Of a stretch of DNA of 64,000 nucleotides, positions 55,901-64,000 are shown one piece after another; the stretch's first letter is position 1, and every line of letters starts with the position of its first letter. Source of the DNA: Trypanosoma brucei (Eukaryota); the NCBI GenBank assembly GCA_000002445.1, contig CH464491.1, positions 3,968,001 through 4,032,000 of the forward strand. Reading direction: 5' to 3'. Made by a program: the position numbers and the translations under genes. The notes beneath the pieces are model-generated. The model was not told where the DNA came from, did no database searches, and was given only the letters and a program-made list of their open reading frames with translations.

Positions 55901-57597
55901 GAGAGGGGTTTACAGCCGCATCGGAGGTTTGCGCAACGTCGACAGCCCTCATGGACATACGCGATGGCGGTAAGATCCGACTAAGGGCTGCTAGCAATTG
56001 TTGAAGCCGTATTGCTGTGCGGCAACTTTGTTGAAGTTCCAAATGCTGTGTTGTAAGCCGAACCTTAACGGTTCTTTCCACCGATCTTCATAGGCACCTC
56101 GTGAGCGTCAGTAGTTCGTATGAGTTTTCATATTTCATTTTCTTACAAGCTGCTAGGGCATGGATGTTCAGACGACACATGATTCTGTTTTGATGTTTCG
56201 ATTCTCTTCTACGGACTCATATCAAACAGTTAAAGCAAGAGCGTAAATTATTTGTTTCTGGGATGTTACTGTGTTTCGCTGCCCAGATAAGGGGAGGCAG
56301 CCGCCGAGACACGTGGTAGCTGATGCGGTGATATCATGAGTTGAAAAAGTGTTATCGTTCGGAGCTATATCATTTTTGTGTTTATAAACACTAACTATTG
56401 TGAGTAGCTATGCCGCTTGAGAGACGAAGGGCATAGGTCAGGGAAGTGCCTCACCCGTTACCGGCCACTGGCAGAAACTTCGTCCGCCATAGCCAGCGGA
56501 GTGCTGTGAAACATTGGAGTATATATACATATACATATGCTGGTGATGCATCACCCATATGGGTCTTAAACCTTTAGTCGTCACAAAAGTGCACACCACC
56601 TCTTCAATGCCACAGGATCCAGCGGTTGCTTCCGCATAGCACTCAGCCCTTCCTCAATTTAGTGAGATCAAGCTCTTAGTAGCGTTTATCTACAGGGTTA
56701 AGAAAGTTCGTGTTCCCAGTGTTGTATTGTACTGTGGTGTTCCCCTACTCACTCGTGGGGCAGCTCCAGCAGGTTGAAATAAGATCGTGGGGTAGAAGTC
56801 AATCGTTTGCCCAACCCACATAAACTCCGCCATTTCTGCCCTTTTTTTCCTTGTACGTTCCCTCGGTCTCCCTTCCGAATTCACCCCACTTAAGTTTTGT
56901 TCATACATGAAAAAGAGGTATCCGACACTGGAGGTTCAGGTTATCCATTGTGTTTTTCCGCTAAATTACACAGGATAAGATAGGGTGATGGTACATATTT
57001 GCTGAAGTGTAGTGATATCCATGCGTACACCCCGCGCCATCTTTACAGGGGATGCATCATGTTCGGGCTTCGCCGCTCAGTGCGGGCACTTGGTGCCATG
57101 GCCAGTTTTTGGTTGACTCGAAAATGGTTGTTGATGCAGCGCCGCATTAAAGTTTCTCCTTTGGTATGTGGTTGGATGGTGCGGCATCAGGAAAGCGCGT
57201 TGGCAAGAGCACCGGCACCAATGAGTTACGCAAGTCAGGTTACGCGCATTGGCTTATTTACCCCTAGCATTAAAGTGTGGCGTGACAGAGTTACTAGTGA
57301 AAGCGGCAATTTGCATCCTATCTTGTAGATGGGCGATGGCCCGCGTATCTTAGACGTGTGAAATGACTTCTATTCATGGCTCTGCTAGAAGGTCTTCCAT
57401 AATGAGTATACGAGCATGCCGCTACCTTCTTACACATGTAAGTTGTCCTGTGATGTGTTGGTAAAAGGTAGAGCTTATGGACCTTGATTATGCAGTTGTT
57501 ATACTAGTTCTATTCACGGCACAGAAGGTTGAAAATGCATCAACGAGCGTTTTATAGAATATACTGGGATTACTTTCCTCTAGAACGTGGTGCAACT

Positions 57598-58899
57598 CTA
57601 TTGATGTTCCAATGCCAGAACTTTTATAGACCCCCCTTTACGTGAATGGACAGAGGTGTTCTTTGTAGTGGGAAATCGTCGGATAATGCGTTCCCAGGGA
57701 TCGAAGAGTGCATAGTTGTATTCCAGAAAGATGCAACCCTCAAGTATTCCGTGTTTTGTGTAATTCCGTAGCCGTATTATAGTGGTGTTTTCTAGGTGAG
57801 AAACGCTGCCTGCTTTTGGCTTCTTCTGAACACCGTAAAGTACAGGAAAGCGTGCCAAGGCGCTCAGGCAGCCGGCGCCGAGAGGGTGTAACGAAGCAAA
57901 TACTGTGGAAGTGAGTGGTAAAGCTGTGCCACATTGATGTGGAAGGAGAGGGGGAAATACTGTGCGGCGCCCTTCCTTGTTTCGATGGATGCAAATTTTC
58001 AGAACCCGCAACCATTGATACTCGCAAAGTGCGCATTTACACAAAGGCGAAGAGTGACAACACTTTGACTAGTGATTGAAACGTTACAAAAAAGGTGCCC
58101 CCAACATGGGTATGAAAGATATTTAGAAACTCTAAGAAGGTCAGTGCCAGCCACGCCATCGTGATGCCAGGGGTTGCTGCAAGAAGGGGAAGGCCAAGCA
58201 TTTACACGCATCCCTGCTTGTATGAATTGCGGCAGCAGGCGGCAGTCCAGCACACACGACACAACCCTCCTGAAAAAAATTACGGATGGAGGCGCAAAGA
58301 AGTGGAACCTGGTAACGGAAAGTCCCTAGTGTCCGGAGGCAATTTTTCAGAAAGGCTGCCCTGGCACGACACCAAAAAATAGTAGCACATGATTGTGAGG
58401 GAAAGAAAGGCCACAACGAACCAATAGCCTAGTACCAGGAGATATTCGCTTATTTATTCTGATACCCAAAGCTTGTAAGTGCGATGAAATAAATGGAGCC
58501 AATGGGCACAGTGGAACATGAAGGAGGCCAATCCGAGGAGCCGGAGCAACCCCTTCTGAAACTTTTCAAACTTCCAGATTAAAGCAAGAAAAATCCCATC
58601 GTGAAGAACAACTACGTGGCCGCAGAAGAGAGCCTCGGAATCCCTTACTACAGTTTTGTGGCTCGCCACCAACTCTCTGAGCCCAAACAAAATGTTGCGC
58701 TGCTAAAAGGGGCCGAAAGGATTACCAAATCCTGAAATGAGCACGCAGGGAAACGAGAGCGCACCCTACCTACACAGTTTTCATGCAGAGAAAAAGTTCT
58801 AGGGAACCGCTCGATCCTTCTGTAAGCAAGCGAATGAAAATCAAGCGGCAATGGGGCACGTTCCGGTTGAACGGACGGGGAAGGAAAAGTGCTGTGCAC
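57598..58899 (-). pseudogene. Possible frameshifted pseudogene or degenerate retroelement ORF. It is a chain of abutting minus-strand ORFs in alternating frames.
   Basis: Six consecutive minus-strand ORFs (57598-58044, 57740-58036, 57999-58262, 58141-58416, 58454-58690, 58648-58899) tile 1.3 kb in shifting frames. The sequence is high-complexity with no homopolymers. No motif recognised. Confidence 0.2.
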
Positions 58900-61800
58900 T
58901 ATGCATTCGCAAGTGTGTGAATCTTCTTGCCTTCATCTTGAGCATTCACTCGCGGGCCCCCTATGGGAGGCACATTTGTGCAGAGCCTCTTAGTGAAATC
59001 CAAGGTACCTGATTTATGAGGCGCATCCCAACCACTGGAGCACCATCCCCCCACAAAACTCAGTCGTTGGTGTATTGGGTGATTGTGAAAATGAAGTCAA
59101 CCTCTTATGCCTACGAAATGCTCTCCTGTATCCCTCGATGTCAGGTAGTATCCCACAGCCATTTCATATGCAACTTTATCAACGCATCCCAGTCCCGCCT
59201 CTTTGGGCGTGTGCACTCTCTCCATCCACCGGAAGGTGAGGCTGAGAACCACTAGGCGATGACACCCTAGCACACCCTTGCTTGGGTGATTCCAAAGTAG
59301 GAGGTTCTAGGCGTTTCATTCTCGGGAATTCCACTCTGACGACGCTACTGCTCCGAGTTCTATGAATATTTTTCCCTTCTGACTTTACTGTTTATTGAAC
59401 GTGCTCTAACACTCCCCCTTGGCGGCTTCAACGCGAGTGCCGAAAGCGTTTGGTACCTTTACATTATCAATTTCCCTTCACATAGCAGTGAGATGCAACA
59501 AATCACGAGTACGTACAACACCCGACCGACACTCTGTTGTTCACCATGGTGACCCACGGTGCAGGTTAAACGCACCACGCACTGCCGTACCCTTGAAGTG
59601 ACAGCCTCCGCACCTTTTACTTCTTAGAAGATACCACAAACAGAATTGCCATCCTCCTCCAATTTCCAACCTAGTCCCTCTTTTTCTAACCTCGGACTCA
59701 GCGTTAAAGGGAGAAATAACATTGGGTGCAAAGGGAAAACTTGTACACGCGTTGATTCAGATGCAAGCCCATCCAACTGACTAATGAAAACTAGGGCTTG
59801 AGGGGGGGGGGCACATTTTTATGCAATACACGACAAGCTAATTCCACAGAAGCTGAAGAATTACGGCAAAAAGTGGCATCAACCCCAGCACACTATGCGG
59901 TTAACCTGCAAAATGGAGGCTGTGCCTATTATCACAGTGGAATAAAATCTCTGGTTGGACGTGATTCTGCTTCTTTGCCCCCCTTTTTGGCCATATGCAC
60001 GCCCTCTCCCGTTTTTTATTCTACACTGCGAATATTTACTTCCAACAATGTAGAGCATCAGCAAGCAAAACGCACATATTATCACCAAGCATTGTGACCC
60101 TTCACCCATGCTGTTACTTTCCTCGTCAACGCCATAATGACCCATATGCACTCTTTTTTTTTCTGTCTCAAGAAATTCGTTCGCTTCACCTAGTTAAGCA
60201 TAAATTTCACGACAAAATTTCATCGCCACCACCACCTCCTCCCTATTGAAGTATTGCACTTCTTTATTGACCCGGATACTGCATGTTACGGTGGATGAAC
60301 CCCCGCTTTTGTTTGGGATTTTCGTGAAACGAAGGAGTACAGCTCCACCCTCGCTTCCTTCCCCCGTGCACTTCGATGATGCAACATCCTTGCGTGTTCC
60401 AACAGATAATGCAAACTGGTATTCCACATTCATTTGACAGCGACCAAAAAGAAATCGACAGCGCGTTAAATCACCATTAACCCGATCTGAATCCGATTCC
60501 GAGACTCCCGATTCGCAACTTCCCGTTACGTTATGATGCCACGGCAACAACCGTAAGAAGGCCTCCTCCCGTACCGGCATCCGTTTAAGGTCCTCTGAAC
60601 GAGATCGCTTCTTAAGCCTAAAATAACGGTTGTTAAATTCATTTAGCAATCTTCCTAAGCTCACACTGTAAACGGTAATATTTGTCTTTAACGCCTTCAT
60701 ATATTCCCTCACCCGTCGTCTCCCCTTTATCTTCAGCTCACTCGTGGGATCAATTACTCCCTTAATGTGCTGTTCCAACCAATAGGAATGCTACTCAAAG
60801 AGAGTGATATTGGCTAATAGTTGCCTCTTTATCTGTGCCTTGCGATAGAAGACTTCGTAACCGAAAACCCCCGGATTGTTCATATCTATCTGTGTAGCCC
60901 ATCCTGTATTTTTTTCCGTTGCTCCACAACTGTAAAATATGTGTAACACGAAATAACAAGCATATACCCTTTTCATTCCAGGAATTATCTGCCTCTTCCG
61001 CTTGATTTCGGTGTTACACGTCCAAACCTACTTTGTCCCACCCACCCCCTACGCACACACTGAATAAGTAAATAACCTAATCAATTGACGTCAAGGCTTA
61101 AACCCCCCCTAAAACTGGCGAAGGCGCGAAACCAAGGGGAGAACGAGGTCACATATGTGTTGGGTGGAAAGTAATAACTGGCGCGGGAGCTGTTACATTA
61201 TTTGACATGCGTATGTTTGTTTGGTAGGGCACCGGAAAGAACTGCAGCCCCAGGGCCAAGAACTTTATCCGTGGAATTGGTGATAAGGGCATCCTGTTTG
61301 TTGAAGCATTGCTTTTCTAGCCGTTGCAACTCCCATCATAACCCGCACAAATTGCCCTAATATCCTGAATGTAATTCTACCTACCAAATATCGGAACGTT
61401 GGGGGTGCTTTCGCTAGGCGGGTGAGAAAAAATACTTCACACAATGTAGTAGCACCCGCATCAGATGAATGCTTGATCCTGCTTAATCTTTGCTGTGCGC
61501 ACCAAACATCCAAACTCCACTAGCATCGATATTCTTCCCGCGACAAACGAGGTTCACGTTGTCATCAGAGTCAAATAACTGTGGGAGAGGAAGCCGCCAC
61601 CGCAATCGGACCCATCATGCCGCGCAAATTCTACTCAATAAGAGGCATGTGAGGGGGCGGTGGCGACGTGACGGGTAAAAGTTACGACGAAAAGAGTGTT
61701 ATGTGTGTCTTTGAAAGTGTGGCGAGCGTTGAAGCGACAGCTCTTTAAGTTGTTCCCCAAGTTTGTTTGAGGGGACTGTCGGTGCGGGAATGAAAGCAGA

Positions 61801-61970
61801 CAGTTCACGCGGAGAATGGTAAAGACGAAAAGTTGTAATCTTCTTTTAGAAGCACTACACAAATGAAAGCTAACGTGTGCAGGTGGTGACGCATGCGCTT
61901 GGATACTCAGTTCTCCGGGAGACGACGCTTTGCGTACACGAGAATACGCAAGAGCCTGTGAGTGGAAGGG

Positions 61971-64000
61971 TTAGAACCAGCTATTTTTTTGCTTCTGATT
62001 TAACTTCCGGGCCAATGCCTCAAACGTGGTCGCTTCCTGCGCCAACTCACGCGATTTACTTTCAATTTGGGAAATTTTTTCACCTCGCTCATGCACCTTG
62101 ACTTCGTTCTCCCTCATCATCTGCAGCGCCTCGGTCACACTGACGTTCTCCCGCGCGGCGACAGCCTTGAGCTCGCTGTACCGGCTTCCTCTCCTTTCCT
62201 CGCTTCCCTCCCTTTCAGATCTCCTTTGGGACAGGACCGCTCCGTCTCTCCCTCTCTCAACAATGGAATCGGGCCGAGGGTGCTGTGGTGCAGCCCCCTC
62301 CATCTTTTTCACCAAGACATTTGTTTCAATCTTCGTAGCTGCCTCCTCCCAGGACTGTGTGGTCAACCGTTTCAGCAGCCCCTGCTCTTGCTTTACTGCC
62401 GGCGGGGGTGGCAAAAACTGCAAGTAAGACCGGAAGGTTGGTGGTGCGGGTACGTGGCGGATGCCTTCCAAAGGTTCCGCAGTCAAACGAAGCTGGTCAC
62501 TAACATTGCTTTCAGCTGAAACGATAAGATGTCCAAGTGCTCCCGACACTCCTACCACGTAGATGTGAAGCCCACTTCCTTCTATGTAGTGTGTGTGGAG
62601 GCGGAGGTCGTTTTCATCACAAAGACAGAGCATCGTATGCTCCGCCAGTCGCTGACCACTCTCGAGGTCTAATACGTTGAACCATCGCCATCCATTTGCG
62701 TCCCGACTCATCACGACCACCACGCGGAGAGACATGCAAACCCCCACATGCTCAACGGAGCGTCCCCGCCCCACCACAGGGGGTTGCATGCGGTTCGATG
62801 GAGCTTCTCCCGACAAAAGCCGCTCAGCAAGATATAAGTGAACCTTGCGTCCATTCCAAAGAACAACCGTTGTGTCAGGCGGGGAGTCTTCACCCAGTAC
62901 GTTTCTCAGGCGGCTTCTTTCCTCTTCCTGTTTTTCCTGCTCGTCTTCTGCATGAAGATCACACTGCAAGGCATCATAGGGCCATCCGGGATTCACTTCC
63001 ACCGCGACAATTCGACTACCTGGTGTGACAACTCCTCTCAAGGTGTACTCGCCGTCTGCACTCACAACCACTTCCCCACCAGAGACAACAACACTCAGGC
63101 GAAGGTCTTTTGAATTAGACGAGGGGAGCAATGTCCACTCCGTATCGGTCCCACCAACTCTCCCGTACCATAAACCTCCGGGGGGTTCTGCACACCACCG
63201 TAGCTCAACAGCAAAAATGACGCGGCCGAATACATCGCGGAAACTGACGGTGCCTCGAAAATCAGAATTTTTCTCGGCACTGGGGTCGCTTTTACCATCT
63301 GAAACATCGGCATGGGGAGCTCTAACCACAAGGCTGGCGGCCCCTGCCGATACCGAAAACCGTGGAGTTGAACTGCACAACATGACTTTGTCGTAGCTCC
63401 ACCTACCATCATCCTCCCGGTGATAGCCGAGCATCTGCATGTCGGACATGTTCCAGATTATTAGCCCTCGATCGTTTGAGAGAGTACAAAACAAGGCCAA
63501 AAAGCTGTTCTTACCCTCACAAACAGGGCCAGTACTGCCGGCTGAACAACTTCGACCCATCCAAACTGTGTCAAAAGATGTTACAGATGCGCCCGCTGGA
63601 AATAGGCCTCCCGGATAATGAACCATGGCGGGCGCATTCCCTTCCCCAGTGACCCCGCCGCTTAGGTCAACGATGACCAAGTTCCCATTACGCAGTTGCA
63701 GAAGGATGCTCATCCCACCACGCACCAACTGGAAGGCTTGCGGTGTAAGTTCCCGCTGTTCAATTCGGCAGTCTGCCAACTTTGCGGTCCGCGCGATAAT
63801 CTCAGCTTCTCCATCTTGTCCATCGTCCCCGACACTAGCTCCGCCAAATATGAGTTGCTCTTTTGAGAGGGTCATAATATGTTCCACATGTGGTGGTGAG
63901 AATCGCACGGCATTTACTGATACCCCCATTTCGTCAGCCAAAACGCGTAGTATAAACTCAGTCCTGCAAGGATGCTTTGGAAGGGCTTCCTCGAGTATGA
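61971..64000 (-). CDS. Tomosyn/Lgl/Sro7-family protein with a C-terminal R-SNARE-like motif. It is partial: the 5' end lies beyond the window.
   Basis: The frame stays open from 63941 to the window edge, and the ORF-track 'M' at 63941 is a TTG. The body is rich in β-strand and WD-like segments. The C-terminus 'RENVSVTEALQMMRENEVKVHERGEKISQIESKSRELAQEATTFEALARKLNQKQKNSWF' has a heptad R-SNARE pattern with a central Arg (zero-layer candidate) and ends like tomosyn (…KDKKWYQF). Confidence 0.6.
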   Translation of the reverse strand, partial: ILEEALPKHPCRTEFILRVLADEMGVSVNAVRFSPPHVEHIMTLSKEQLIFGGASVGDDGQDGEAEIIARTAKLADCRIEQRELTPQAFQLVRGGMSILLQLRNGNLVIVDLSGGVTGEGNAPAMVHYPGGLFPAGASVTSFDTVWMGRSCSAGSTGPVCEGKNSFLALFCTLSNDRGLIIWNMSDMQMLGYHREDDGRWSYDKVMLCSSTPRFSVSAGAASLVVRAPHADVSDGKSDPSAEKNSDFRGTVSFRDVFGRVIFAVELRWCAEPPGGLWYGRVGGTDTEWTLLPSSNSKDLRLSVVVSGGEVVVSADGEYTLRGVVTPGSRIVAVEVNPGWPYDALQCDLHAEDEQEKQEEERSRLRNVLGEDSPPDTTVVLWNGRKVHLYLAERLLSGEAPSNRMQPPVVGRGRSVEHVGVCMSLRVVVVMSRDANGWRWFNVLDLESGQRLAEHTMLCLCDENDLRLHTHYIEGSGLHIYVVGVSGALGHLIVSAESNVSDQLRLTAEPLEGIRHVPAPPTFRSYLQFLPPPPAVKQEQGLLKRLTTQSWEEAATKIETNVLVKKMEGAAPQHPRPDSIVERGRDGAVLSQRRSEREGSEERRGSRYSELKAVAARENVSVTEALQMMRENEVKVHERGEKISQIESKSRELAQEATTFEALARKLNQKQKNSWF

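Noticed and set aside
60194-60778. 194-aa minus-strand ORF upstream of the tomosyn 3' end
   Set aside because: No recognisable motif. It sits in the presumed 3'UTR or retroelement-derived block, and composition alone cannot distinguish it from a chance ORF. It is mentioned within the ORF-poor-block finding and not called as a gene.

Overview
The window reads as a trypanosomatid chromosome-core region, probably from an African trypanosome of the Trypanosoma brucei group; that assignment is an inference from the features below. All 24 protein-coding genes I can support inside the window lie on the minus strand, consistent with one polycistronic transcription unit. The intergenic regions are low-complexity (homopolymers, (TA)n, (CA)n, (TAA)n) and carry polypyrimidine tracts followed by AG splice-acceptor candidates upstream of each CDS on the coding strand. 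There are no introns and no operon logic. The ORF track used a bacterial start table (TTG/GTG), so many ORFs carry spurious N-terminal extensions into microsatellites. I re-anchored starts to the first plausible ATG and checked the start codons by hand. Products recognised from sequence motifs: a PlsC-type lysophospholipid acyltransferase, Tsr3, a p24/emp24 cargo receptor, Rab2, eukaryotic PPAT, an ADAT/Tad-family tRNA deaminase (probably the ADAT3-like subunit), the Mtq2/HemK2/N6AMT1 methyltransferase, an SRR1-like protein, a FYVE-like PI3/4-kinase-family protein, a CstF-64-like protein, an importin-β3 (IPO5/Kap121-like), a Dpy-30-motif protein, and a tomosyn/Lgl/Sro7-like protein with a C-terminal R-SNARE-like motif that is truncated by the window end. 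The most unusual region is a ~10 kb ORF-poor block of high-complexity sequence (about 51.7–61.97 kb) inside the gene array. A ~90-nt segment at 55362 matches, from memory, the Pr77 hallmark that opens ingi/RIME/DIRE (and L1Tc) retroposons. The block therefore looks like a degenerate retroelement, possibly with a pseudogene, and/or an internal boundary of the transcription unit. Other points worth a second look are a probable pseudo-kinesin with degenerate ATPase motifs, the FYVE-like PI-kinase, and a possible convergent strand-switch at the left edge. I found no tRNA, rRNA or snRNA genes and no CRISPR arrays. I have no tools here, so all homology calls rest on motif recognition and need confirmation by search.
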